64,000 nt of DNA from assembly GCA_044376115.1 (NCBI GenBank), contig JBILLK010000001.1:32001-96000 (forward strand), written 5' to 3'. The DNA is from Polyangiaceae bacterium. Lineage in GTDB: Bacteria; Myxococcota_A; Polyangia; Polyangiales; Polyangiaceae. This document shows positions 16,440-26,439 of this stretch, in pieces; the stretch's first letter is position 1; each line of letters starts with the position of its first letter. A program made the position numbers and the translations under genes. The notes below the pieces were generated by a model, which worked only from the letters and a program-made list of their open reading frames with translations, was not told the DNA's origin and did not search any database.

Positions 16440-17375
16440 TTGATGCTTCGCACTGGCTTCATGGTTGCCTACGTGCAGCCGAGCATCGCCTTGGGGGTAT
16501 TGGCGATGACCGTCGCCAATTGTTCGCTCGCGCTCGATTTTGAGTCCGTTCAATGCGAGTCAAAATCAGACTGCGCAGCGCTTGGACTTGAAAACGCAGA
16601 GTGCGTTGATTCGCTTTGCGTAGCTCAAAGCGAAGGGGGCAACGGCGGCGCTGGGGGAAGTGCGGAGGGCGGTGGCGGAAGCGCACCTGATCCGCGCTGG
16701 GACTGCCTTGACGGCTTCCAACAGCCGACGGTCGATCCTCAAGAGATGATCGAGCACTTCTATCGTTTCGAGGTGGCCACCGCGCTTCCCGGAACGCCGC
16801 CACAGAATCTGGCGGTTAAGGTCTGCAACCAGATCGATGTCGAGTGCACGACGCCCGTGGACATGCCGACGCCTGACGCCAACGGGGCGCTCACGCTGTC
16901 TCTTGCTGCGACCTTCGACGGCTTCCTGGTAGTCACGGCCGACAACATGCTTACCGGCTTCGTTCTGTTGCAACCAACGGTGAAGCTTCCCCAGTCGGAG
17001 AAGGTCATCCGGATGATTGACGAGCCCAACTTCATCAACCTCGTTGAGTTTGCCGGCGGTACTTACGACCCACTACGCGGAGTTGGCTTGGTGCTCGCGG
17101 TGGATTGCCAAGACGATCGTGCAGCAGAGGTGCGGCTGGTGAGCCCAGACGCCGACGCAGAGACTCTTCCTTTCTACTTCAAAGATGGCGCCCCAAACAT
17201 CGAGGAGACGCAGACCGACGAACAAGGCGCAGGGGGCTTCCTCAACCTCCCGGTCAACAAGGTGATCCGTCTCGAGATGCATCGCGCGACGACGGATGAA
17301 CTGATCGGAACAACTTCGTTCCGGGCACGTGCAGGTGCCATCGTTTACGTTCCTTTAGGGCCAACGGAGAACTAG
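16440..17375 (+). CDS. Cys-containing secreted protein or lipoprotein of unknown function
   Basis: Signal-like N-terminus with VANC, Cys-rich knot and Gly-rich linker; 2 bp from the kinase gene. Exact start uncertain. Confidence 0.75.
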   Translation: MMLRTGFMVAYVQPSIALGVLAMTVANCSLALDFESVQCESKSDCAALGLENAECVDSLCVAQSEGGNGGAGGSAEGGGGSAPDPRWDCLDGFQQPTVDPQEMIEHFYRFEVATALPGTPPQNLAVKVCNQIDVECTTPVDMPTPDANGALTLSLAATFDGFLVVTADNMLTGFVLLQPTVKLPQSEKVIRMIDEPNFINLVEFAGGTYDPLRGVGLVLAVDCQDDRAAEVRLVSPDADAETLPFYFKDGAPNIEETQTDEQGAGGFLNLPVNKVIRLEMHRATTDELIGTTSFRARAGAIVYVPLGPTEN

Positions 17376-17377
17376 TC

Positions 17378-19054
17378 GTGTCGCAAAGCCAAATCGGAAA
17401 GTACCGAGTACTCGCGAAGCTTGGCCAAGGCGGGATGGCGCGTGTGCTCTTGACGATGGCGCAGGGCATGCACGGCTTCAACAAGCTGCTCGTTGTCAAA
17501 GAGCTGCGCGAGGAGCTGGCTGGGGACCCCGATTTTCTATCGATGTTCCTGGATGAAGCGCGCATCACAGCCCGCCTGAATCACCCAAACATCGTTCAGA
17601 CCTACGAGGTCGGCAATGACGGTGACCGCTACTTCATCGCGATGGAGTACCTGGAGGGCCAGCCGCTCAACGCGATTTTCCGACGCATGGGAAGGCGGAA
17701 CCTTCCGCTCGAGATTCACCTACGGATCCTCGCAGACGTCCTCGCGGGTCTCTCTCACGCCCATCAGCTGAAGGACTTCGACGGAACCCCGTTCAGCATC
17801 GTGCATCGCGACGTGAGCCCGCAGAACGTGTTCGTGACCTATGACGGCCAGGTCAAGCTGGTGGACTTTGGCATCGCCAAAGCGGCTGGCGCGTCTTCCC
17901 GAACGCAGGAGGGGATGCTCAAGGGCAAGATCTCATACATCGCGCCCGAGCAAGCTCGCTGTGAACACGTTGATGCGCGCGCGGACCTTTTTGCCGTCGG
18001 GGTCATGCTCTGGGAAGCACTGGCTGGGCGGCGAATGATCACGCGAGAAGATGAAATGAGCGTGCTCGCACGACGCATGTCAGGGCAAGATCCGCCGATC
18101 CGCTCGGTCGTTGAGCGGCTATCCGAGGAGCTAGCGCAGATTTGTGATCGAGCCATGGCCCCATCCTCCGAGGCACGCTTTCAGAGTGCAAAAGAGTTTC
18201 AGGATGTGCTCGAAGCCTATCTTGCGCACTCTGACTACCGCGTCGGGGCGAAGGAAGTGGGCGCCGCGGTGAGCGCTGCCTTTCAAGATGAACGCGAGAG
18301 AATTCGCGCCACGATCGAAGAGCAAGTACGCAACATCGACCGGCAAGCCGAGCCAATCAACCTTGAGCTGGTACCAGCGCACCTCAAGCAAACGAGTGAC
18401 TCGCTAGCCCGTGTTTCGCTGCCGCCGCATCTTCACCTTTCGAGCGAGACGCCGTCCATCGCACGCTCACCCTCGGTGATTTCGACGCCGCCCGAGGCTC
18501 CCGCAAAGTCTAGCCGCCCAATGATAAGCGCGCTGTTTGCGGGCGCTCTGCTCGCAGTCGTGGCGTTGGGCGTAGTGTACTTCGTCTCGGGTCGGCGCCC
18601 CGAACCTGCTGTGCCTGCCGCCGCATCAACAGCCCGAGCCGAGGTACCAGCAACCACGGCTCCGGTCACGAGTGAGCCGGCCAGCACCGCCACCAGCAAT
18701 GCCAAGCAAACCATTGAAGTAAAGGTCCGGTATCCAGCGGGTGCGCGCGCCAAGCTGGATGGCGGCTTGGTTGAGGGGAATCCCTTCGAGGCCAAGGTTC
18801 CTCAGGACGGGACGATTCATCGGTTTGAGGTCGAGCAGGAGGGGTTCAAGACGGAGAAGCGGACGCTCATGTTCGACAAGCCCATCGACCTAACCGTGGA
18901 GCTTACGAAAGAGAGCGCCTCCTACACGCCGCACCCGAAGACGGCTGAACCGAAGGCTACCGAGACTCCACCGGCGCCAACCGAAGAGCCCAAGAAGAAG
19001 CCTGTACCCACGGTCGAGATCGACGAATCCAATCCCTACAAGAAAAAGCCATGA
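17378..19054 (+). CDS. Membrane-anchored Ser/Thr protein kinase with a C-terminal PEGA-like domain
   Basis: LGQGGMARV, VVKE, HRDVSPQN, DFG, YIAPE, one TM helix and a beta-rich C-terminal domain. Confidence 0.93.
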   Translation: MSQSQIGKYRVLAKLGQGGMARVLLTMAQGMHGFNKLLVVKELREELAGDPDFLSMFLDEARITARLNHPNIVQTYEVGNDGDRYFIAMEYLEGQPLNAIFRRMGRRNLPLEIHLRILADVLAGLSHAHQLKDFDGTPFSIVHRDVSPQNVFVTYDGQVKLVDFGIAKAAGASSRTQEGMLKGKISYIAPEQARCEHVDARADLFAVGVMLWEALAGRRMITREDEMSVLARRMSGQDPPIRSVVERLSEELAQICDRAMAPSSEARFQSAKEFQDVLEAYLAHSDYRVGAKEVGAAVSAAFQDERERIRATIEEQVRNIDRQAEPINLELVPAHLKQTSDSLARVSLPPHLHLSSETPSIARSPSVISTPPEAPAKSSRPMISALFAGALLAVVALGVVYFVSGRRPEPAVPAAASTARAEVPATTAPVTSEPASTATSNAKQTIEVKVRYPAGARAKLDGGLVEGNPFEAKVPQDGTIHRFEVEQEGFKTEKRTLMFDKPIDLTVELTKESASYTPHPKTAEPKATETPPAPTEEPKKKPVPTVEIDESNPYKKKP

Positions 19055-20001
19055 GCTTCCTTAACGACGCACGCGCAGTCCTACTTGCGAGTTCGCTGCT
19101 GCTTCCGCACATGGCTTTGGCTGAAGACACAGCGGGTGATCACTTCACGCGCGGTGTCGAGTTCTCGAAGGAGCATGACTACGTCGCGGCCATGGTCGAG
19201 TTCAAGAAGGCGTATGAACTCGACCCTCGCTACCCGGTCTTGTTCAACATTGGGCAGACCTCCAACGAGCTGAAGGACTACGCGGGTGCGCTCAGTTCGT
19301 ACGAGCGCTACCTCAAAGATGGCGGCGAGGAAATCGATGCCGACCGACGGAAGAAGGTACAAGCGCTGATCGAGGAACTAACTCGCAAAGTCGCTAGCAT
19401 CAGCATCGCAACCAACGTTGCCGGCGTTTCGGTCATCGTGGATGACGTTGATGTTGGGGTCACGCCTCTCCCAAGCTCGGTGCGAATGAACGCAGGTCGG
19501 CGCAAGCTGGTTTTGACCAAGAGCGGCTATGAGCCTGTTACACGCATCGTCGAAATCGCCGGTACCGAAGAGAAAACCCTTAGCTTTGAGCTCGTTTCGC
19601 TCACTCAGCAGCCGAGCGGAACTGGAAACACAGGATCGGGCGGCGACGGAACAGCACCTCAACAGCTGGAGCACACCGTTTGGCCTTGGGTCGGGCTGGC
19701 CTCGACAGGCGCTTTGGCCGTTGCGACAGGCGTCTTCGGGGGGCTCGCCCTGTCGAAACACGGCGCATTCGAGGACGCGTTGACCGTTACCCCAACCACC
19801 AACGATGCGATCGAATCGGCTCGCAGCGATGCCAAGACGTTCGCCCTCGTGACCGATATCCTGCTCGGCACGACGATCGCCGCTGGTGCGCTGACCGCAC
19901 TCGCGTTTGGCCTCGATTACGGTCGCTCAACAACCGAAACGACAGCCTTCATCCGACCGGTGGTTGGTCCGGGAATGGTGGGCCTCAACGGGGCCTTTTG
20001 A
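19051..20001 (+). CDS. TPR plus PEGA domain protein
   Basis: Signal peptide, TPR helices (AMVEFKKAYELDP..LFNIG), PEGA-like segment and C-terminal hydrophobic segments; ATGA overlap with the kinase gene. Confidence 0.85.
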   Translation: MSFLNDARAVLLASSLLLPHMALAEDTAGDHFTRGVEFSKEHDYVAAMVEFKKAYELDPRYPVLFNIGQTSNELKDYAGALSSYERYLKDGGEEIDADRRKKVQALIEELTRKVASISIATNVAGVSVIVDDVDVGVTPLPSSVRMNAGRRKLVLTKSGYEPVTRIVEIAGTEEKTLSFELVSLTQQPSGTGNTGSGGDGTAPQQLEHTVWPWVGLASTGALAVATGVFGGLALSKHGAFEDALTVTPTTNDAIESARSDAKTFALVTDILLGTTIAAGALTALAFGLDYGRSTTETTAFIRPVVGPGMVGLNGAF

Positions 20002-20906
20002 CTCTCACGGTCGCAACCTTCAACTTGAAGGACTTCTTCCACGCGAGATCGCCGGAAGAGTCGGCTGTCGTGAACACAAAGCTCGAGAACGTTGCCAAGT
20101 TGCTTCGGGAGGCCGACGCAGACTTGGTGGCACTCCAGGAGGTCGGCGAGGAGGACCTGCTCCAACAGCTTTTCAGCGAGCAGCTCGGCCTTCCTCGCAT
20201 GAACCTCTTGCTTGGCAAGCCTGACCATCGAGGCATCCGCTGCGCGATCGCCTCACGCTTTGCTTTGATCTCGGCCGAAGCACTCGAAGCAGCTACCCTC
20301 TCCTTTCCCAGGTTCAACGTGGAGGATCCGGAGCCGTTCGGCGCCTCGATCCCGCTCCGTCGGAGCGTCCTACGCGTGCGCGCCGATGTCCCTGGCTTTG
20401 GCGTTACAACTCTTTTTACGGCCCACCTCAAGTCGCAACTCGCTACCCCGCTCCGAGAGCACGGCGAAGCCTTGCCCATCTCGAGTCCCAGCGAGTTCGC
20501 CGAAGCTATCTTGCGTTCCTTGGTGCAACGCAGCGCAGAGGCGCTCCATCTCAAGCGTCTAGTAGAGCTTGAAATGTCTACGGAGCAGGCGCTCGTTCTG
20601 GCCTGCGGCGACTTCAACGACACCCCGGACTCGGTGCCTGTGCGGGTGCTGCTGAGCGGAGAGCCAGACAAGCGCCTGATTGACCTCGTACGCCAAGCAA
20701 ACCTCCCCTCTGACCAAGACTTCACGACGCTGCACAACGCACGCAAGAACCGCATCGACTACGTGCTGGCGTCGCCAGCTTTGGCCGGCCGCATGCAAAC
20801 CACCCGAATCCTGAACGAAGGGCTCCGAGATCACGGTCCCTTCTCGAAGTCGGCACCACTTGAGCCCGACTCGGACCACGCCCCCGTGGTTGCCGTCTTC
20901 CACTAA
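19998..20906 (+). CDS. Endonuclease/exonuclease/phosphatase (EEP) family protein
   Basis: TFNL, LQEV, HLKS, GDFND, RIDYV, SDHAPV; the TTG start overlaps the upstream TGA. Confidence 0.88.
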   Translation: MTLTVATFNLKDFFHARSPEESAVVNTKLENVAKLLREADADLVALQEVGEEDLLQQLFSEQLGLPRMNLLLGKPDHRGIRCAIASRFALISAEALEAATLSFPRFNVEDPEPFGASIPLRRSVLRVRADVPGFGVTTLFTAHLKSQLATPLREHGEALPISSPSEFAEAILRSLVQRSAEALHLKRLVELEMSTEQALVLACGDFNDTPDSVPVRVLLSGEPDKRLIDLVRQANLPSDQDFTTLHNARKNRIDYVLASPALAGRMQTTRILNEGLRDHGPFSKSAPLEPDSDHAPVVAVFH

Positions 20907-20996
20907 GTTGTAAAGTTCTGTTGCGTGAGCTCGCGATCGCGCTGGCGATCGCGTCGGCAACTTGCGGTGGATTCGCGGAATGCCTAAGAAAGGCTC

Positions 20997-21719
20997 ATGC
21001 AACCTGACTACCGCCACCGAGCGCAATTCCAGCAGCAAGGTCACTACGGAACTCAATCGTTGGGTGAGGCCGATGGTCGAGAGGCCTTCATCGCGCGAAC
21101 CTACAACCACTTGTTCCTAGCGATTGCAGCCTTCGCGGGCCTGGAAATCGCCCTGTTCAAGACTGGCTTTGCCGAGGTGATCGCGCGCGGAATGATGGGC
21201 GGCGGAGCACTGCTCGTGTTCGGCGGTTTTGTAGTCGTGAGTTGGCTCGCTACCTCGGTGGCCTACCGCGCGGAGTCAAAGGCAGCACAGTATGCAGCAC
21301 TGGCTGCGTATGTAGTGCTTGAAGCCATCGTGTTTGTGCCGCTACTGATGCTTGCCAACGTGCGTGCCCCTGGCGCTATCCAAAGCGCTGCTGCCGTGAC
21401 CCTTGTTGGCTTCGCTGGGTTGACTGGCATCGCGTTGCTCACCAAGAAGGACTTCTCCTTCCTTGGAGGCGTCTTGCGTTGGGCGGGCTTTGCCGTGCTC
21501 GGCCTGATTGTCGCAAGCCTCGTGTTTGGCTTTACCTTGGGAACGCTGTTCAGCGTCGCCATGGTTGCTCTCTCGGGCGCCGCAATCCTGTTTGAGACTT
21601 CACGAGTCCAACGGGAATTTCCTGAAGACCGTTACGTTGCCGCAGCACTGAGTCTGTTCGCTTCTGTGGCGATGATGTTCTGGTACATCCTGCGGATCTT
21701 TATTGGCTCGCGGCGCTAA
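20997..21719 (+). CDS. Bax inhibitor-1/YccA family membrane protein
   Basis: About 7 TM helices; KKDFSFLG, YVAAALSLF. Confidence 0.88.
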   Translation: MQPDYRHRAQFQQQGHYGTQSLGEADGREAFIARTYNHLFLAIAAFAGLEIALFKTGFAEVIARGMMGGGALLVFGGFVVVSWLATSVAYRAESKAAQYAALAAYVVLEAIVFVPLLMLANVRAPGAIQSAAAVTLVGFAGLTGIALLTKKDFSFLGGVLRWAGFAVLGLIVASLVFGFTLGTLFSVAMVALSGAAILFETSRVQREFPEDRYVAAALSLFASVAMMFWYILRIFIGSRR

Positions 21720-21846
21720 CTACCCGTGGGGAAGGGTAGTTCCAGGAAGTGGATCGGCGAGTGCTCACGCGCTCGCCGATTCGCATTTCAAGGCGAGGAA
21801 AGGCCGGCTTTTGTGGGCGTTTCGAGCATGTAGGTCATTCTGCCAC

Positions 21847-21862
21847 TGGCATGGCTCCTGCT
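21847..21862 (+). promoter_or_regulatory. Putative sigma-54 (-24/-12) promoter
   Basis: TGGCATG-GCTC-CTGCT matches TGGCACG-N4-TTGCW with exact GG-N10-GC spacing, 12 nt before ATG 21875. Confidence 0.6.
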
Positions 21863-21874
21863 TGGCCAGCCCGC

Positions 21875-23632
21875 ATGAACTTTGGTCCGCTGCCTGTTGT
21901 TCCGTGGAGTCGCCCGCTTCGTTGGCTCGGAGTGGCCCTATTGGCCGGGCTGGCTGGCTGTGAGGACGAGACCACCGGCACCGACTCTGCCGACGCCACC
22001 GAGGTAATTCCGGAGGCCTCACCGGAGGCAGCAGCCGTTCGTGCGCTCCTCAATGACCCCGCCACGACCCAGGCGGTCCTCAAGCAGGCCAAGGTGAACA
22101 CCACAACGGCCAACGCTCTGCTATCGCACCGAGCCGGCGCAGATGGGGTCTTCCGCAACGCCGATGACGACCTCTACGACACGATCGCCGAGGTCGACGC
22201 GATCAAAGGTGTCGGGTCAGCAACGCTCAAGAACCTGCAAAAGCTCGCGAGCACCTTGGGCTACCTGGATGCCCAGAAGGCAAAAGCGCGCTCAGTGATC
22301 TTCTCGCCCCAAGCAGCCTCTGAGAGCCACTTGGTTGAGGTGGCAAAGCGGATCAATCAAGCCCAGACCTCGATCGATATCGCGATGTACTCCTTCTCTG
22401 ATGCCAACGTCTCGGCCGCGCTTGCAGCGGCGGTGCAGCGCGGGGTCAAGGTTCGCTTCATCTTCGAGACAGCCGGCGAGGACAAAAAACTCACTGGGAC
22501 GGCGCTCACCAGCTCCAAGAGCGGCAAGCTTGAAACAGCCGGGGTGGATGTCCGCTGGGTCAACAAGATCATGCATCACAAGTTCATGATCGTCGACGGG
22601 CCGCGGGATTCCGCTGAGGCCGCCAACACCGCCACGATTGTAAGTGGCAGCGGCAACTGGTCGAACGGAGCGGCTACCAAGTACGACGAGAATACGCTGT
22701 TCTTAACCGCCTATCCGGAGCTAGCGCTACGACTCCAACGAGAGTTCAACACGCTCTGGGAGCACTCTACGGACCTCGTCTCGAACCCCGCGCTGGTGAT
22801 GGATCCGTCCACCTTCGCGATAACGGATGACGTCATCGTCGAAGATCCAGCGATGCAAATCTTCTTCACCAGTAACAACTTTACGGTCAACGGCACCACG
22901 TTCTCGGTCCAAGCCACGAATGAAGTCGCAAACAAACTCGTAGCGGCCATCGAGGGTGCCGAAGACCGCATCCTCGTCGCGTCCGGGCATCTGCGCTCGC
23001 GCCCAGTTGCGGAAGCTCTCATTGCGAAACGGAGCCAGAACCCGGACCTCGAGATCCGCGTCTACCTCGATGGGCAGGAATACATATCAGACTCAGGTAA
23101 CGCGCAGCAAAAGAGTGCCCGGGATACCTGCCTAGCGAGCGCGACGACCGAGAAGAAAAAGGCGGCGTGCTTAGATAAGTCCTTCCTCTATGGGCTTGAG
23201 GTTGGCAAAGCTGGCGTGGACGTTCGATACAAGTATTACGCCTACCGCTGGGACACCTCCTACGCCGCGCAGATGCACAACAAGATCCTTATCGTCGACG
23301 ACGCGCTCTACACCGGAAGCTATAACCTTTCGGATAACGCCGAACACAATACCTTTGAGAACGTGTTCATGTTCAAAGGGCCTGAGTTCCGCGACCTGGT
23401 CGCTGACTATGTGGAGCGCTTCGAAGTCCTTTGGAAGCAAGGCGACGGGCTCCTCCCGGGACTGCAAAAGACGATTGATGAAGCCACCACTATCCCCATC
23501 GTGTTTCCGGCAATGTCACTTTCTTGGGCAGAAGTCCGAGACCTGAAAGCCCTCATTGCCAAGGAGTGTCCTGCCGTTAACTCGGCGGTATTTCGTGAAA
23601 ACGCCGCAGCCCACCAGAGCTGCACCAAGTAA
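21875..23632 (+). CDS. Phospholipase D superfamily lipoprotein with two HKD motifs and an N-terminal helix-hairpin-helix-like domain
   Basis: LAGC lipobox; EVDAIKGVGSATL; HHKFMIVD..GSGNWS and HNKILIVD..GSYNLS. Confidence 0.88.
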   Translation: MNFGPLPVVPWSRPLRWLGVALLAGLAGCEDETTGTDSADATEVIPEASPEAAAVRALLNDPATTQAVLKQAKVNTTTANALLSHRAGADGVFRNADDDLYDTIAEVDAIKGVGSATLKNLQKLASTLGYLDAQKAKARSVIFSPQAASESHLVEVAKRINQAQTSIDIAMYSFSDANVSAALAAAVQRGVKVRFIFETAGEDKKLTGTALTSSKSGKLETAGVDVRWVNKIMHHKFMIVDGPRDSAEAANTATIVSGSGNWSNGAATKYDENTLFLTAYPELALRLQREFNTLWEHSTDLVSNPALVMDPSTFAITDDVIVEDPAMQIFFTSNNFTVNGTTFSVQATNEVANKLVAAIEGAEDRILVASGHLRSRPVAEALIAKRSQNPDLEIRVYLDGQEYISDSGNAQQKSARDTCLASATTEKKKAACLDKSFLYGLEVGKAGVDVRYKYYAYRWDTSYAAQMHNKILIVDDALYTGSYNLSDNAEHNTFENVFMFKGPEFRDLVADYVERFEVLWKQGDGLLPGLQKTIDEATTIPIVFPAMSLSWAEVRDLKALIAKECPAVNSAVFRENAAAHQSCTK

Positions 23633-23654
23633 GCGTAGGCACGCAGAGACAAAA

Positions 23655-23686
23655 CGACAAAGGCCGCGTCGAAGCGGCCTTTGTTG
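23655..23686. terminator. Hairpin between convergent genes, probable bidirectional terminator
   Basis: cgacaaaggccgc-gtcgaa-gcggcctttgttg. Confidence 0.7.
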
Positions 23687-23700
23687 CGTGTGAGCAAAGG

Positions 23701-24432
23701 CTACTTTTTGCGAGGAGCCTTGATGTTGAGCTTGATGAGTACGTCCTCGCGAATGAGGTCGTCCTTCTTGCCTTCATACTTGATGCCCCACTCACCGCGC
23801 TTGATTGAGAACTCGGCCGTGGCCGTGATCTCGTCGGCGGTCACCTTGACCGTGGCGGGGAAGGTCACCGACTTCTCGACGCCACGCAACTTGAGGTTGC
23901 CTTCAATCGTGTGCGTCGCGCCCTTCTCGCCGCCAGCCTTGATCGAGGTGCTCTCGAAGAAGCCCTTCGGGTTCGCGCCGATGGCGAAGAAGTCATCCGA
24001 CTGTAGGTGCTTGTCGAGGTCGGCTGCATCCGTCTTCACTGACGCCATTTCAATAGCTACGTAGATGCGGGCAGACTCGGCCTTGTCACCGTCGATAGCA
24101 ACCCAGCCGTCGAACTTCTCGAACTTACCTTCATGCTTGCCAGTTACCTTCGACCCGACGAAGCCTACGCTCGAGTTTGAACCGTCAAAGCTCACTGCGT
24201 TTGCGGGCTTCTCGGGCGCGTCAGTCGGCGGAGTAGCAGCGGTCGCCGTCGCCGTGCCCGTCGCATTCGCGGCAGTCGAACCGGCAGGCTTCGCAGCAGC
24301 CGAGGCAGAAGGGCGCTGAACGGGCTTTGCACTATCCACCTTGGCCGACGGAGCGTTCTTTGCCGGGTCTTCACAACCAGCAACCGCCACCAAGAGAAAC
24401 GCTGAGACCAGAGCACCACGAACTAGGGACAT
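23701..24432 (-). CDS. YceI family lipid/polyisoprenoid-binding lipoprotein
   Basis: VAGC lipobox; SSVGFVGSK, LDKHLQSDDFF, GNLKLRGVEK, FSIKRGEWGI. Confidence 0.9.
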   Translation of the reverse strand: MSLVRGALVSAFLLVAVAGCEDPAKNAPSAKVDSAKPVQRPSASAAAKPAGSTAANATGTATATAATPPTDAPEKPANAVSFDGSNSSVGFVGSKVTGKHEGKFEKFDGWVAIDGDKAESARIYVAIEMASVKTDAADLDKHLQSDDFFAIGANPKGFFESTSIKAGGEKGATHTIEGNLKLRGVEKSVTFPATVKVTADEITATAEFSIKRGEWGIKYEGKKDDLIREDVLIKLNIKAPRKK

Positions 24433-24528
24433 GAATCACTCCTTGAAAGTTGAGCGCGGTTCTTACCACCTAATTACGCCTGCACGAGCCTCTAGAACGA
24501 GACACACCGTTGCGCCTATGAAACGGGC

Positions 24529-25299
24529 CTACTCACAATCCGCAAACAGGGCCTTATGCAAAGCCTCACCAACCACTTGATGGCCCTTCTTCCCCCAGTG
24601 AATGCCGTCCTTCCAACCAAGGTCCTGGCAGAGGACTTCTGCGTTTCCGCAGCTGAGCAGTGGTCGCAAATCCAGCGTCGCGTCGATCGTTCGGTTTGCG
24701 GTCTGCGTCACAATCCAGTTGGAGACATCCCACGTCATTTGGGCTCGCGCTGGGTCGAACGCCTTCATCCCGCCCCACGGCGGGAGCTGGAGCACGATCG
24801 TGCGAGAACCACGCGACTTCGCTTCATTCACCATCAGCAGGATGTCGGCGCCAATCAGCTTGGCGGTACGCTTCGCCGTTTCATTGCTAAGTATATCACC
24901 CAGGCCACCAAGGATGATGACGTCGGTATAGCTGGGTAGCGTCCCATCTTCTCGTGGGCTGTAGAGGTCCCTCACGAACCGCTTTCGCATCATGTTGACC
25001 ATGTTCCCGCCTACCCCAAAGCTCGTGAATGAGCTCTTGGGGCAGAGTTCGCCCAAACGCTCGAGGTACTTACCGCCCTGCGACTTCGGATCGGTGAGCG
25101 AGTCCCCCATCGCAGCCACAACGTAGCGCCGTAGTGGCGGCGCACTGCTGGCAGGGGCCGCGGGGCTTGGGTCGACGCGCGGCGCGCTAACCGACGATGA
25201 TGCCGTCGATGAAGTGCTAGGGCTCAAACTCGAAGCGGGCGAAGAGCTCACTGCCGGGAGGCTTCCGTCGGCACCGCATGCCACCAAGAGCGCAAGCAA
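24529..25299 (-). CDS. SGNH/GDSL hydrolase family lipoprotein (start uncertain)
   Basis: GDSLT, GVGG, DGIH; LVAC lipobox. The start could be TTG 25299 or ATG 25392. Confidence 0.8.
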   Translation of the reverse strand: MLALLVACGADGSLPAVSSSPASSLSPSTSSTASSSVSAPRVDPSPAAPASSAPPLRRYVVAAMGDSLTDPKSQGGKYLERLGELCPKSSFTSFGVGGNMVNMMRKRFVRDLYSPREDGTLPSYTDVIILGGLGDILSNETAKRTAKLIGADILLMVNEAKSRGSRTIVLQLPPWGGMKAFDPARAQMTWDVSNWIVTQTANRTIDATLDLRPLLSCGNAEVLCQDLGWKDGIHWGKKGHQVVGEALHKALFADCE

Positions 25300-25351
25300 T
25301 AGGCCTGCGCACCGCTTAGCTGGCTCTTGCCGCGAGACCGAAGACCGTGCG

Positions 25352-26293
25352 ATGAAGCGTGCAATGAAGCTCTTGTCGTTTGTCACAATCATGGCTGGGT
25401 CGGGGCTCCTGGCAGCGTGTGACGCCCCCGCCACGCAAGCTACACCCGAAAAGTCGGGAAGCGCAGCTACCGCAAAACCCTCCTCGGCGAAGCCCTTGGC
25501 CTCGGCTCCGTTGGCCTCAGCCGTTGCAACCACGCCACCCAAGCCGCCGAAGGGGCCCTTCCCCGAATCGACCGATCCGCTCTTGAGGGATCCGGCGAAG
25601 GCTACGGCAAAGGCTCCCGACGTCTTTCGCGTAACGTTCGACACCACCGTCGGTGCATTCGATATCGAGTGTACGCGCGAGTGGGGCCCGAACGGTGTGG
25701 ACCGCCTTTATAACCTCGTAAAGATGGGCTTCTTTGACGACGTGGCGTTCTTCCGCACGGTTAAGACGCCCAAGCCGTTCGTCGTACAGTTCGGTATCCA
25801 CGGAAACCCCGAGGTCAGCAAGGCTTGGCAAGAAGCAAAGATTCCGGCGGATGAGGTAAAACAGTCCAACACCCGCGGCATGGTCACCTTCGCCATGGCC
25901 GGCAGCCCGGACACGCGAACGACCCAGATGTTTATCAACTTTGGAGACAACTCCAATCTTGATGCGATGAAGTTCCCCCCGGTTTGCAAAGTGGTTGATC
26001 CCGGGATGGACGTCGTTGAGAAAATCCATGGCGGTTACGGGGAGCGCATAACCTCGCAGCAGGGAACCATCATGTCGCAAGGGAACAACTTCCTACGGCA
26101 GCGCTACCCCGAGCTCGATTACATCAAGACCGCACGTCTGGTTGCCAAGGACGACAAGAAAGACGACGACAAGAAGGATGGGGATAAGAAGGAAGGGACC
26201 GACGCAAAACCGGAGAAGAAGGAGCCCAAACCGGAGAAGAAGCCGGAGAAGAAGCCCGAGCCCAAGCCGCCTTTGCCTCCGCCTCCGACCTGA
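25352..26293 (+). CDS. Cyclophilin-type peptidyl-prolyl cis-trans isomerase lipoprotein
   Basis: LAAC lipobox; FFR..FVVQFG, RGMVTFAMAG, TTQMFIN; Lys/Asp/Pro-rich tail. Confidence 0.9.
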   Translation: MKRAMKLLSFVTIMAGSGLLAACDAPATQATPEKSGSAATAKPSSAKPLASAPLASAVATTPPKPPKGPFPESTDPLLRDPAKATAKAPDVFRVTFDTTVGAFDIECTREWGPNGVDRLYNLVKMGFFDDVAFFRTVKTPKPFVVQFGIHGNPEVSKAWQEAKIPADEVKQSNTRGMVTFAMAGSPDTRTTQMFINFGDNSNLDAMKFPPVCKVVDPGMDVVEKIHGGYGERITSQQGTIMSQGNNFLRQRYPELDYIKTARLVAKDDKKDDDKKDGDKKEGTDAKPEKKEPKPEKKPEKKPEPKPPLPPPPT

Positions 26294-26439
26294 GCTTTCG
26301 CGTCCCAATGTCCTCGAGCGGTGCGTGCTTTGCAGCATGTACCGCTCGACGTTTTGTGCTCTCGCCGTTGTTCTAAGCGACCTCTAGCAGTGAACGGCTC
26401 CTGCTGGACGCCAGTGAGACCGAGGGCTAGTAAAGCCCC

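Noticed and set aside
26140..26290. Short tandem DNA repeats (gacaagaag, ccggagaagaag)
   Set aside because: They encode the low-complexity tail of the cyclophilin; there is no repeat-spacer structure, so this is not CRISPR.
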